The notes below the pieces were generated by a model. It made no database searches, was not told the origin of the DNA, and saw only the letters and a program-made list of their open reading frames with translations. Below are positions 8,568-18,088 of a stretch of DNA of 64,000 nt, piece after piece. The stretch comes from Candidatus Doudnabacteria bacterium. GTDB taxonomy: Bacteria > Patescibacteriota > Doudnabacteria > UBA920. How positions within the stretch are numbered: the first letter of the stretch is position 1; every line of letters starts with the position of its first letter. A program made the position numbers and the translations under genes. Location of the stretch: NCBI GenBank assembly GCA_963768175.1, contig CAVYGQ010000001.1:318305-382304 (forward strand). Reading direction: 5' to 3'.

Positions 8568-9995
8568 ATGTCTATTCAAACTGCGGTAAAATCCATTCAA
8601 GATATAATGCGTAAAGATCAAGGCGTGGACGGCGACGCTCAGCGTCTTTCGCAATTGGTGTGGATGTTATTTTTAAAAATTATTGACGACCAGGAAACGC
8701 AGTTTGAACTTGAAAACCCCAAATATAAATCGCCAATCCCTAAAATTTTGCGCTGGCGCGGATGGGCAGCAGACGCAGAAGGCTCCACAGGAGAGGAATT
8801 GTTGGATTTTATAAATAACCATCTTTTTCCAGGACTGAAAAATCTCAAAGTCCAACCTAGTGACAAATTGGGTCAGTTAATTAAAGAGGTGTTTATTGAT
8901 TCAAATAATTACATGAAGTCTGGTACTTTGATTCGCCAGGTCGTAAATAAAATTAATGAGGTTGATTTTAACAAAAAGGACGACCGCCATCATTTTAACG
9001 AAATCTACGAACATCTTTTAAAAGAACTGCAAGGTGCCGGAAATTACGGGGAATTTTATACGCCGCGGCCTTTAACTCGCTTTGTTGTAGAAATGGTTAA
9101 TCCGCAATTAGGAGAAACCGTGCTTGATCCTGCTTGTGGTACCGGCGGATTTTTAGTTAATACTTTGGAATATGTTGGCCATAATCAGGTTAAAAACAGA
9201 AAAGATCAAAGGCTGCTTGAAAGCACTATTCATGGTATGGAGTTAAAGCAATTGCCTTTTACTTTAGCCATTACCAATTTAATTTTGCATGGCGTCCAAA
9301 TGCCCGACCAAATTATCCGCGGCGACGCGCTTTCCAAGCCGTTGCGCGAGTATGGCCCCAAAGACAGGGTAGATGTTATTGTGGCCAATCCTCCTTTTGG
9401 CGGTTCAGTTAAAGACGGTACGGAAGGTAATTTTCCGCTTGAATTTCGTACTAAAGAAACTGCGGATTTATTTTTAGTGCTGTTTATGCATTTACTTAAA
9501 CCCACCGGGCGGGCGGGGATTGTTCTGCCAGATGGCACGCTGTTTGGCGAAGGCGTAAAAACTAAAATTAAAGAAAAATTGCTAGAAGAGTTTAATTTGC
9601 ATACTATTGTGCGTTTACCGCAAGGTGTTTTTAGCCCGTATGCCGGAGTAAACACTAATCTTTTGTTTTTTGAAAAGGGAAACCCGACCAAAGAAATTTG
9701 GTATTATGAACTTCCTTTGCCAGAGGGTATGAAGCAATATACCAAAGGCCGGCCAATTAGAATAGAAGAATTTGACCCGGTAAAAAAATGGTGGAAAAAT
9801 CGTAAAACGAACGGAAATTCCTGGAAAGTTTCCATAAAAGAAATTAAGGATAGAAATTATAACCTGGACTTTAAAAACCCGGCGAAAAAAGAAGATTTAG
9901 CGCATAAAGATCCAAAAGAAATTTTGGGAAATATTTTAGACTTAGAAAACAAGATAATAGGGATTTTAGATACGGTAAAAAAGGAGATTAAGTAA
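8568..9995 (+). CDS. hsdM: Type I R-M methyltransferase subunit
   Basis: GEFYTPR, DPACGTGGFL, NPPF. Confidence 0.97.
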   Translation: MSIQTAVKSIQDIMRKDQGVDGDAQRLSQLVWMLFLKIIDDQETQFELENPKYKSPIPKILRWRGWAADAEGSTGEELLDFINNHLFPGLKNLKVQPSDKLGQLIKEVFIDSNNYMKSGTLIRQVVNKINEVDFNKKDDRHHFNEIYEHLLKELQGAGNYGEFYTPRPLTRFVVEMVNPQLGETVLDPACGTGGFLVNTLEYVGHNQVKNRKDQRLLESTIHGMELKQLPFTLAITNLILHGVQMPDQIIRGDALSKPLREYGPKDRVDVIVANPPFGGSVKDGTEGNFPLEFRTKETADLFLVLFMHLLKPTGRAGIVLPDGTLFGEGVKTKIKEKLLEEFNLHTIVRLPQGVFSPYAGVNTNLLFFEKGNPTKEIWYYELPLPEGMKQYTKGRPIRIEEFDPVKKWWKNRKTNGNSWKVSIKEIKDRNYNLDFKNPAKKEDLAHKDPKEILGNILDLENKIIGILDTVKKEIK

Positions 9996-9996
9996 A

Positions 9997-10239
9997 ATGA
10001 AAAAGAATTGGGATAAATACGACGGGAAGACAAAATATGACGAGGGTGGTCGTGTTTGGGATGGGGTTATTACTTTTGTTCTAAATTTTTTTGCTATTAT
10101 TTTTGTTTTTATTGGATGGATCTTAAAACTTATTTGGAAATTTGTTAAAGATGTTTTACATAGCATGTATGGAAAGGTAGTGGCACTTATTGCGAGTGGC
10201 GTTTTGATATATTTTTTATCTCATTTTTTTAGAAAATAA
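9997..10239 (+). CDS. Small AT-rich two-TM membrane protein
   Basis: 80 aa, two hydrophobic segments, starts 1 nt after the hsdM stop. Confidence 0.65.
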   Translation: MKKNWDKYDGKTKYDEGGRVWDGVITFVLNFFAIIFVFIGWILKLIWKFVKDVLHSMYGKVVALIASGVLIYFLSHFFRK

Positions 10240-10266
10240 TTTGGGAATGTTTATTTGATACAAATT

Positions 10267-11439
10267 ATGAATTTTGATTGTAATAATTTCAGAATGATTA
10301 CTTATAACGGATTAAGCCTTTATTTCGATAAAGGTTGTCGTTTTCATGAATACTTTCACCATAGGTTAAAAACAAAAAAATTTCGTTATTACAGAAATGT
10401 TCTCCAATTTTTAGCGGAAAATGTAGAGGCAAGATTATATTTTACTTTGAATGAGGAAGTCAAAAATTTTCAAAAGGTTGAAGGAGGCTTTTTGGTAAAT
10501 ATGGGTTCATATCAAGAGTTTTGTCGTACTATCGGAAGCAAAACAGGTGGAAGGTTAAAAGCTTTTCTCGGACAAAATATTAATTTAAAAGACCTTGATA
10601 TCACTGATATTGAACGAGATAATTTTATTATTGTTCATGCAACTGAGAAAAATATTTTAGAAGCAATAAAAAATTTAAGTGCCGAGGTTCAAATAAATAT
10701 TTTAAACTTTCTAAAGAACTTACACCCTACGGACCAGGGTGGAATAATACCGCCCCAAGAAATAAGTGGCGCCAAACTGATCGAAGCATTGGGAAAGTTT
10801 TTAACAGATAAAAACGTACAGCAGGCTTTTTTTTCAAATTTAACGAAAGTCCAAATTGATATTCTAAAATCACATATTTTATTTTTGAAAAACAATCTAG
10901 ATAAAAATGAGACCTTCATTCAAGACTGGATAGACGAAGATGGTGGTAAATTTAGGAAGCAGCGATGTCTTATATTTGGCCTAGAATATGTGGACCCAAA
11001 GAGGGAAGGGCAAGTGGCGGGAAAATTTTTTGATATTCTAGCCGAACATGATTTAGAACATCATGTTATTTTTGAATTAAAGTCGCCTAAGGACGATACA
11101 TTTAAAGTGGTTGAAAATCAAACACAAGCTGGCGGTATTTCTACTGAATATTCCTTATCTCCACAACTAAGTAGGGCGATACCTGAGGTGCTGGGTTATA
11201 GAAAAATGTATGAAAACGCGCAAGGTGAAGAATTACAAAAATTTGGCGTAAACGTCAAGAAAAAGATTTCAAAATGTGTTATAGTGGTTGGCACACAAAA
11301 AGATGATCTGGTTTGGAAAGAAAATTTTGAGCGCCTTCAGAATAGTTTAAATGGAATCGAATTATTAACATATAACCATCTTATTGACAGACTGCAAAAT
11401 ACCGTAAAAAATTTGGAAGAAAACACTTCAACCCAATGA
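10267..11439 (+). CDS. Shedu (SduA/DUF4263)-like anti-phage nuclease
   Basis: ETFIQ.W, FFDIL, ELKSP, LSRAI..V..Y, IVVG, IELLTYNHL pattern in the C-terminal half. Confidence 0.8.
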   Translation: MNFDCNNFRMITYNGLSLYFDKGCRFHEYFHHRLKTKKFRYYRNVLQFLAENVEARLYFTLNEEVKNFQKVEGGFLVNMGSYQEFCRTIGSKTGGRLKAFLGQNINLKDLDITDIERDNFIIVHATEKNILEAIKNLSAEVQINILNFLKNLHPTDQGGIIPPQEISGAKLIEALGKFLTDKNVQQAFFSNLTKVQIDILKSHILFLKNNLDKNETFIQDWIDEDGGKFRKQRCLIFGLEYVDPKREGQVAGKFFDILAEHDLEHHVIFELKSPKDDTFKVVENQTQAGGISTEYSLSPQLSRAIPEVLGYRKMYENAQGEELQKFGVNVKKKISKCVIVVGTQKDDLVWKENFERLQNSLNGIELLTYNHLIDRLQNTVKNLEENTSTQ

Positions 11440-12599
11440 ACAATTGGCCAACAAAAAAATTAGGAGAAATTTGCTCAATAAAAAAAGGAAAAAAACCTGT
11501 ACTGCGAAAAATTGCGATTGCGGGTGATTTGCCATATTTAATTGCAAAATTTTTAAGAGGGACTAAGGAGCCAGAATACGCATCGGCAGACGATAAGGGT
11601 TCGGTAGTGGTACAAGAAAATGAAACAATCATAATTTGTGACGGTTCAAATTCCGGTGATATTTTTACGGGTTTTAAAGGAATATTATCTTCGACAATGG
11701 GTAAAATTAACCATGAAGATAACATTGACACCCAGTACCTTAAAATATTTTTGGTCTCAAATTTTGATTTGTTTAATGGAGCTAAAAAAGGTGCAGCAAT
11801 TCCGCATCTTGATATAAAAGCTTTATACAATCTTAGAATCCCGCTCCCGCCTATTGTAGAACAACAAAAAATTGTAAAAAAAATTGAGGAACTTTTTGGG
11901 GAAATAGATAAGGCGCAAAAATTGCGCGAAGAGGCGCAAAAAGACGCCGCCGCCCTTGTCCCCGCCGCTTTGCATCATATTTTTTCGCGGGGAAAGAAAA
12001 AGGGTTGGAGAGAAATATCATTAGGTGATAAAAAGTATATCAAGATGACAAGTGGGGGGACTCCATCAAGAGGAAATAGATCTTATTATGACGGAAGTAT
12101 TGCCTGGCTAAAGTCTGGCGAATTAAATGATAATCAGAATATTCTGGATTCTGAAGAGCATATTACAGAAGATGCTATAAAAAATTCTAGCGCCAAGGTT
12201 TTCCCGAAAAATACTGTACTATTTGCTATGTACGGTGCTACTGCAGGAAAAACAGGTATTTTGGTTAAAGAAGCAGCTACTAATCAAGCCGTAGCTGGTT
12301 TAATTTGTTCTGAAGAAAGTATTTACTATAGATATGTATTTCAGTGTCTGATGAATATCAGAAACGATGTCATAGCTCAAGCGTGGGGTGGAGCACAACC
12401 AAATTTAAGCCAGACAATCATAAAAAAATTCAAAATTCCACTTCCGTCTCTTCCCGAGCAAAAAAAGATCGTGGAATATTTGGATTCGCTTTCGGAAAAG
12501 ACGAGGAACTTACAGAAGTTGCAGGAGAAGACGGCAGGGGATTTTAAGGCTTTAAAACAATCCATTCTTCACAAAGCCTTCGCGGGAGAATTAATCTAA
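11436..12599 (+). CDS. hsdS: Type I R-M specificity subunit
   Basis: Two TRDs with conserved IPLPP..EQ.KIV repeats, SGGTPS, SILHKAFAGEL. Confidence 0.96.
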   Translation: MNNWPTKKLGEICSIKKGKKPVLRKIAIAGDLPYLIAKFLRGTKEPEYASADDKGSVVVQENETIIICDGSNSGDIFTGFKGILSSTMGKINHEDNIDTQYLKIFLVSNFDLFNGAKKGAAIPHLDIKALYNLRIPLPPIVEQQKIVKKIEELFGEIDKAQKLREEAQKDAAALVPAALHHIFSRGKKKGWREISLGDKKYIKMTSGGTPSRGNRSYYDGSIAWLKSGELNDNQNILDSEEHITEDAIKNSSAKVFPKNTVLFAMYGATAGKTGILVKEAATNQAVAGLICSEESIYYRYVFQCLMNIRNDVIAQAWGGAQPNLSQTIIKKFKIPLPSLPEQKKIVEYLDSLSEKTRNLQKLQEKTAGDFKALKQSILHKAFAGELI

Positions 12600-12617
12600 A
12601 TTTGTAAGCCACAAAAC

Positions 12618-12649
12618 TCATCCTTATAAACTCCAGTATTTAAGGATGA
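12618..12649. repeat. Palindrome family A (TCATCCTTA-N14-TAAGGATGA); other copies at 13237-13268, 13769-13800, 14104-14135, 16763-16828 (with nested insert), 38805-38838
   Basis: Six copies read directly from the sequence. Confidence 0.9.
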
Positions 12650-12691
12650 TAATTCAAAAAATACTTTTATAAAAGTTAAATAAAATTCTTT

Positions 12692-13141
12692 ATGCCTGTG
12701 AGTTTAGACGAAAAATTTGTCAGAAGAAAAATAATTGACTATTTGGGTAGGCACGGATGGGGACGAAATTTGCGTGAAAAAGCCACCGATGAACACGGAG
12801 TTGATATTTCAGTTTGGCATAATAATTATCAACGCCGATTTTTAGTTGAAGCCAAAGGAAACAGCAAAAATAAAATCAAAGCCCCACGTTCACGAATGGA
12901 AGTAAATTTTAATATTGCTTTAGGGCAAATATTAACAAGAATGAAGACAGAAAAGGCCGATAAGCACTATAAGTACACGCGTAAATATGGCGTTGGTTTT
13001 CCAGATAGCTACCAAGATATTATATTTCGCAGGTTACCCTGGGCAGTATGCGATGTCCTAAATTTATATGTTTTTTTGGTTGACAGTACTGGGAAAGTAA
13101 AAGAATATTGCTGGAGGGATTTAAAAAAATTACAAACGTGA
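12692..13141 (+). CDS. PD-(D/E)XK restriction-endonuclease-like protein
   Basis: E near the N-terminus, HGVDI, VEAKG, ALGQIL.RM. Confidence 0.8.
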   Translation: MPVSLDEKFVRRKIIDYLGRHGWGRNLREKATDEHGVDISVWHNNYQRRFLVEAKGNSKNKIKAPRSRMEVNFNIALGQILTRMKTEKADKHYKYTRKYGVGFPDSYQDIIFRRLPWAVCDVLNLYVFLVDSTGKVKEYCWRDLKKLQT

Positions 13142-13167
13142 ACAGAAGTCGGATAACATTTTAAATT

Positions 13168-13799
13168 CACGGGTATCCAACCAATAGGCAGGGGACAAAA
13201 GCAGGGGAAGAGGGTTTAACTTTCCATCTAGTAACATCATCCTTAAAAACTGGAGTTTATAAGGATGACTTTTGCCCAAAGTTTGATATTAAACTATATT
13301 TATGAAATTTCTTGGTTTTTTTAAACCAACATGGTTAAAAATTTTAATAACGGCCTGCTTTGGCTTAATTTTTTACGGACTTTTTCAATACGCTGTAGCC
13401 CACGCTATGGATTGCTTTTTGGCATCGTTTTGTCCCAGACCTTGGTATGAAAATTTAATGATGCCGTTAACATATGTTATTTTTGTCCCGGCAATCTGGG
13501 TTGGCTGGCTAGTTGGCGGCATTAGTGGCATAGATGAAGTGCGCCATCAGCAAGCTTACTATACTATGTGCTATATTGGCATTGCAGTTTTTTACTATTT
13601 ATATGCTTGCGTTTTGTACAAAGTTTTTACTTTTTTAAAGAAGCTCTCTGATAAACGGCACACCCGGCCACATAAAAACCTTTTTTAATCAGATTTGCAC
13701 GGGTATCCAACCAAAAAAGCAAGGGACAAAAGCAGGGGAAGAGGGTTTAACTTTCCCATCTGGTGACATCATCCTTAAAAACTGGAGTTTATAAGGATG
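13168..13799 (+). repeat. ~100-bp direct repeat pair (13168-13267 and 13698-13799) flanking one gene
   Basis: cacgggtatccaacca...gcaggggaagagggtttaacttt...catcatccttaaaaactggagtttataaggatg occurs twice. Confidence 0.92.
13302..13688 (+). CDS. Three-TM hypothetical membrane protein
   Basis: FFKPTWLKI start typical of small CPR membrane proteins; hydrophobic segments. Confidence 0.75.
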   Translation: MKFLGFFKPTWLKILITACFGLIFYGLFQYAVAHAMDCFLASFCPRPWYENLMMPLTYVIFVPAIWVGWLVGGISGIDEVRHQQAYYTMCYIGIAVFYYLYACVLYKVFTFLKKLSDKRHTRPHKNLF

Positions 13800-13816
13800 T
13801 GGTGTATAATATAAAT

Positions 13817-14101
13817 ATGAAAAAATTAAAGACGGCAAAACAAATGGAGCGGCACCTTAAAGGGATGGCCAACCATTACCGCATCCAAATACTTCTTACT
13901 ATTGCGGGCAGCAAGGGAATAACCCTGGAAAACATTGTCAAAACCCTCCGCGCCAACGAAAAAACCATCGGCGAGCACACCCGGAGGCTGTACGTGGCCG
14001 GGTTGATAGACAAAAAATATCGCGGCAAATTTGTGGAGCATGCCCTTTCGCCATACGGAAAAATATTTGTCGATTTCCTAAAATCATTTCAATCCACATA
14101 A
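13817..14101 (+). CDS. ArsR-like winged-helix regulator
   Basis: KGMANHYRIQIL, TIGEHTRRL..AGLI. Confidence 0.85.
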   Translation: MKKLKTAKQMERHLKGMANHYRIQILLTIAGSKGITLENIVKTLRANEKTIGEHTRRLYVAGLIDKKYRGKFVEHALSPYGKIFVDFLKSFQST

Positions 14102-14159
14102 CATCATCCTTACATACTTGAGAATATAAGGATGAGTATAACCTGATAAAATAAAGCAT

Positions 14160-14540
14160 ATGGCACAAAAGATAAATAAATTTATATATTGGACGCCAAG
14201 AATTCTGTCAATAATATTTATTCCCTTCTTGATGATATTTTCGCTGGATGTCTTCCAGCCGGGATTAAGCGCTTGGCAAATCGCAATTGGATTATTTATT
14301 CATAATATCCCGGCTTTAATCCTGCTGGCTGTTTTGGTGGTTTCTTGGAGGCACGAAATAGTTGGAGGGATTATTTTTATTCTCGCCGGCATCGCATATA
14401 TTGCATCTATGTTAGCGGCCGGCCGGCTTAAAGGGGGGATGTGGATATCTATTCCGATTATTGCCGGCCCTGCGTTCCTTATAGGAATTTTATTCATTGT
14501 TAATTGGCTAAAAAAGAGAAATAACCATACCGTTCTCTAA
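14160..14540 (+). CDS. Four-TM hypothetical membrane protein
   Basis: WTPRIL, FSLDVF, HNIP conserved-looking motifs. Confidence 0.8.
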   Translation: MAQKINKFIYWTPRILSIIFIPFLMIFSLDVFQPGLSAWQIAIGLFIHNIPALILLAVLVVSWRHEIVGGIIFILAGIAYIASMLAAGRLKGGMWISIPIIAGPAFLIGILFIVNWLKKRNNHTVL

Positions 14541-14591
14541 TTCGCTCCAGTTAAATAAAAAATTTAACGGGGTAAACGCGAATAGGAGAAC
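14532..14591. repeat. Palindrome family B (ATTCGCGCGAAT core), this copy split by a nested insert; others at 14965-14993, 15497-15520, 15822-15847, 17257-17273
   Basis: Five copies read directly from the sequence. Confidence 0.88.
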
Positions 14592-14599
14592 AAAATTAC

Positions 14600-14959
14600 A
14601 TGAAAAAAATTGCGCGAAATAAACTAGGAAGACAAATGAAGCCGGGAAAGCCGAAATTTATGATAATTTATCGCTGCGGCAATTGCGGGCAGGAATTCGG
14701 CAGGACCGAACTGCATACGCCGGTTTGTTCATATTGCGGCTCAAAACAAGGATTCACGGTCATCAAAAAGCAGAAACTCACGCCCAAGGCCATTGCCGAG
14801 AGGCTAAAGGCAAGCACGGATAATATGATGAAGGCGCTAATCGGCGCTTACCAGGCCAGGCCAGAGGGAATTAACGAAAAAGAGCTGCTAAAGGTTATGC
14901 AAAAAGCCAAAGCTTTTGCCGGCAAAGTCCAAAGTCTAAAATTAAAAAAATCAAAATAA
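14600..14959 (+). CDS. Basic zinc-ribbon protein
   Basis: CGNCG ... CSYCG; AGGAG SD. Confidence 0.75.
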   Translation: MKKIARNKLGRQMKPGKPKFMIIYRCGNCGQEFGRTELHTPVCSYCGSKQGFTVIKKQKLTPKAIAERLKASTDNMMKALIGAYQARPEGINEKELLKVMQKAKAFAGKVQSLKLKKSK

Positions 14960-15005
14960 AATATCGTTCTCTAATTCGCGCGAATGGTAGAATAACTTAT
15001 TTTTT

Positions 15006-15458
15006 ATGAAAAAAGCTGAATTACAAAACGAAGTGGCGAGGATTCGGGCCTTAAGCCCGCAGGAATTCGTAAAAGACTATCAACTTTATGATGCCGAAAT
15101 TCCTGGGGAGAACCAACGAGCTGCCGAGCAAAGGAATAAAAAGTGGCAACTATACCTGGCCTCTGCCACAGACTTGCAGTTGTATTATTTAGCCAAATGT
15201 GAATTCAGAAAGCCCGAACATGGCGGAAAAAAGGACCGGCTGGAAGCCTTTCTGAGATTAAGACTGGGAAACCGCGAGGAGTTTGCCCGCGAGCTTGGAA
15301 TTAAGGCTTATAAAGACAGTGAAGCTTTAAAAGTTGATGTTCGGACATGGGCGGACCAAATCATCAAGGTGCAAAAAGAGGGAGAAGCCATAGCACAAAA
15401 CCCCGAAAAACGTTTGCGGGGACTTTATGAAAATCAAGATTTTGGCCACAGGGCATAA
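15006..15458 (+). CDS. Hypothetical protein
   Basis: 150-aa ORF between repeats. Confidence 0.65.
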   Translation: MKKAELQNEVARIRALSPQEFVKDYQLYDAEIPGENQRAAEQRNKKWQLYLASATDLQLYYLAKCEFRKPEHGGKKDRLEAFLRLRLGNREEFARELGIKAYKDSEALKVDVRTWADQIIKVQKEGEAIAQNPEKRLRGLYENQDFGHRA

Positions 15459-15551
15459 CATCATCTTAACTTTAAGCTTTAGCATTACCCAAGCTAGTAA
15501 CTATTCGCGCGAATAGTTACCAACTTTAAATAGTAATATAATACATTTACG

Positions 15552-15812
15552 ATGAAAAATTTGGAAAAACAATATAAAGCTTTGGCAAACCGGCGCAGGC
15601 TGGCAATTTTAAAATATCTAAAATCGCACCAACAGGCTACGGTAGGGGATATTGCCAGGGAAATTAAGCTTAAGCTTAAGGCTACGTCCAAACACCTGCG
15701 CATACTCGCCGCCGCGGATTTTGTGGATTTTGAGCAAAAAAGCCTGAATGTATTTTACTTTTTACCGGCTAACAAGCCCGCGGTTTTAAAAAGCACTTTA
15801 CCATTTTTATAA
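15552..15812 (+). CDS. ArsR/SmtB family regulator
   Basis: KALANRRRLAIL, VGDIA, TSKHLRIL. Confidence 0.9.
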   Translation: MKNLEKQYKALANRRRLAILKYLKSHQQATVGDIAREIKLKLKATSKHLRILAAADFVDFEQKSLNVFYFLPANKPAVLKSTLPFL

Positions 15813-15867
15813 AATAATTAAGTAACCATTCGCGCGAATGGTAGAATGATTTAATTCCTTAGAATTT

Positions 15868-16275
15868 ATGAAAAAAACATTATTTGCATTTGGCCTGGCC
15901 GGAACCTTGTTTTCCGGATACATGAGCGGCGTAAAATTTTTTAGCAAAATTTGCGCGTTTAACGAAACCTGCCCGTACTTTTTGGGCCATCCGGCCTGCT
16001 ATTACGGCTTTACCGTATTTTTAGTTATCGCGATACTTTCCGGTTTGCTGGTTTTTGGGAAAATCAGGGAAAAACAGGCGCTCAACGCCATATTGGCAGT
16101 TTCTTTGCTCGGGATTTTGTTTGCCGGACACTTTAGCGTTAGCGAACTGCCCCTGCTGCTTAAGAACGGTTTTTCGGCCTATGTGTTCGGCCTGCCGACT
16201 TGCATGCTCGGCTTGGTTTTTTACCTCGCCGTGTTTGCGTGTTCCTATTTGGCGCGCTTTGGCAAAAACGGATAA
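15868..16275 (+). CDS. Cys-containing four-TM protein (VKOR/DsbB-like)
   Basis: CAFNETCP, PACYYG, LPTC..G within hydrophobic helices. Confidence 0.65.
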   Translation: MKKTLFAFGLAGTLFSGYMSGVKFFSKICAFNETCPYFLGHPACYYGFTVFLVIAILSGLLVFGKIREKQALNAILAVSLLGILFAGHFSVSELPLLLKNGFSAYVFGLPTCMLGLVFYLAVFACSYLARFGKNG

Positions 16276-16309
16276 ATGTAAGAAGCCGCAATCAATTAAC
16301 TTTTTTGCT

Positions 16310-16738
16310 ATGTACCACCCATTCGAAGACAACAGGATAAAGGCGGAACGGGGACGGGATCCGGAACGGGACCTGGTAGAAAATTTATTTAACCAGCTGG
16401 CCGAAAAATACGGCAGGGGAGCGGTATTAAAATATATTGAAGACCATACCGAAGTAGCCCAGAATGTGGTTAAAAGATGGCTAAATAAAATGGAGCGTCC
16501 AAGCTCGGGCATTTGCAAGGCTATTTTGGCTTACTTGCAAAATTTCCAGCCCGGCGACCTCCCGGAGTTAAAAAAAATACTACGGCCGCCGTTAAAACCA
16601 AAACCAGCCGCCAAGTCGCCTGTTGCCGAAAAAAAACTTAGCCCCCAGGAGCAAAGAAGACAAGACACTATAAAAAGCAACGAGGAACAGTTAAACGCCC
16701 TGATGAAAAAGCTAAAGGACGAAGGCAAAATTTTATAA
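16310..16738 (+). CDS. Hypothetical protein, possible Cro/C1-like HTH
   Basis: VAQNVVKRWLN...RPS pattern; start taken at ATG 16310. Confidence 0.5.
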   Translation: MYHPFEDNRIKAERGRDPERDLVENLFNQLAEKYGRGAVLKYIEDHTEVAQNVVKRWLNKMERPSSGICKAILAYLQNFQPGDLPELKKILRPPLKPKPAAKSPVAEKKLSPQEQRRQDTIKSNEEQLNALMKKLKDEGKIL

Positions 16739-16844
16739 AAACCAAAAACCCTGGGCAAAACCCATCCTTATAAACTTGCCTACCCCGTAGTGAACCGTAG
16801 GTTCTGCTACGGGGAGAATGTAAGGATGATAAATTAGATTAGAT

Positions 16845-17240
16845 ATGAATACCTACAACTGCTATCAACAGCTCAAAAAACCCTCCTGGGCTCCGCCGAG
16901 CAGGCTATTTGGCCCGGTATGGTCAGGTTTGTACATTCTAATCGCTGTTTCTTTTGGCAAGGTATTTTTGCTGGCTTGGCAACATAATCTTGCCTTTATT
17001 GTGGCTTTGCCGTTTATATTAAATTTAATTTTTAATTTTGCTTTTACGCCCCTGCAGTTTGGGCTCAAAAATAATTTTTTGGCGGCCATAGACGTTCTGC
17101 TGGTTTTGGCCACCCTGATTTGGGCGATGGTTGCAATTTTCCCATACTTGGGCTGGACGGCCTACATCCAAATCCCATATCTGCTCTGGGTTTGCTTTGC
17201 CACAGTGCTACAACTCACCATTACTTATTTAAACTCCTAA
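16845..17240 (+). CDS. tspO: TspO/MBR family tryptophan-rich sensory protein
   Basis: LKKPSWAPP..FGPVW..LY, PYLLWV.FAT.L. Confidence 0.93.
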   Translation: MNTYNCYQQLKKPSWAPPSRLFGPVWSGLYILIAVSFGKVFLLAWQHNLAFIVALPFILNLIFNFAFTPLQFGLKNNFLAAIDVLLVLATLIWAMVAIFPYLGWTAYIQIPYLLWVCFATVLQLTITYLNS

Positions 17241-17419
17241 CCCTTAAACAAACTGATAACCATTCGCGCGAATCCTCCTTCGCTAAAGCTTCGGAGGACG
17301 ATGTAAACGAACAGTCTAAAACCGGGCAAAAAGCCGGTTTTTTGATTGCTTTTAGTTTTAACGATTATTGACAAAAGCGCGAAAAAGCGTATGGTTAATG
17401 ATACGAAAAAGGAGGATAT

Positions 17420-17995
17420 ATGCTGCAGATCGACTGGGGCCTGGACTTTATTGCCTTGGTTGTCTTGTGGTATGTTCTGAACGAAATTGCCGGTCGCTAC
17501 CGGCCTAAACGCCAAAACCGGGACATGGAAGAACTGGACAAGCTCTCCCAGATTCTGACTCGGGAGTTTAATAACAACGCCTTCCTGGAGGAGAAAGGCA
17601 ATGAGTTATATCAGTCGCTTCTGGATGGTATAACACTGAACCCCGATTTTAATTTGCTGCCCGACGGTAGCAAATATTTAGGGTGCGAACAGCTTTTGGC
17701 CAGGTACTGCAGGAACGGGGTGATAAGCGTCCTGGCGGTGGAAGCCGTAGACCAAAGCCAGACGGCTGGACGCGTCCCCATACTGACCGTATGGCTGGAC
17801 GTGAAGGGAGCCAGAATAGTCCGGTACGAACTTTGGCGGAAACAGTACGCCGACTTTGTTCCGGAAGCGATTACAAGCCTGGCTTGGCTGGTGCAGTTCT
17901 TTGTAGCGACGTGGCGGTTTCCCGCGCTACTGGCCAACAAGGAAATAATATCATACCACCCCGGCGTAGTAGCTAAATTAAGGCAACAGCCTTAA
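17420..17995 (+). CDS. Orphan membrane-anchored protein
   Basis: AAGGAGG SD, TTGACA promoter at 17368, N-terminal TM, hairpin at ~17996-18030. Confidence 0.7.
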   Translation: MLQIDWGLDFIALVVLWYVLNEIAGRYRPKRQNRDMEELDKLSQILTREFNNNAFLEEKGNELYQSLLDGITLNPDFNLLPDGSKYLGCEQLLARYCRNGVISVLAVEAVDQSQTAGRVPILTVWLDVKGARIVRYELWRKQYADFVPEAITSLAWLVQFFVATWRFPALLANKEIISYHPGVVAKLRQQP

Positions 17996-18088
17996 ATCCC
18001 CCCTGGACCGTATTTTGGTTCCAGGGGATTCGTTTATAATAAAATAAATTGTTATTGAACTAAAACCGGATTTGGTGATATAGTTATA

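Noticed and set aside
12618-17298. CRISPR array or classical integron
   Set aside because: Repeats are separated by whole genes, there is no cas or intI gene, and the palindromes lack clear attC L/R boxes.
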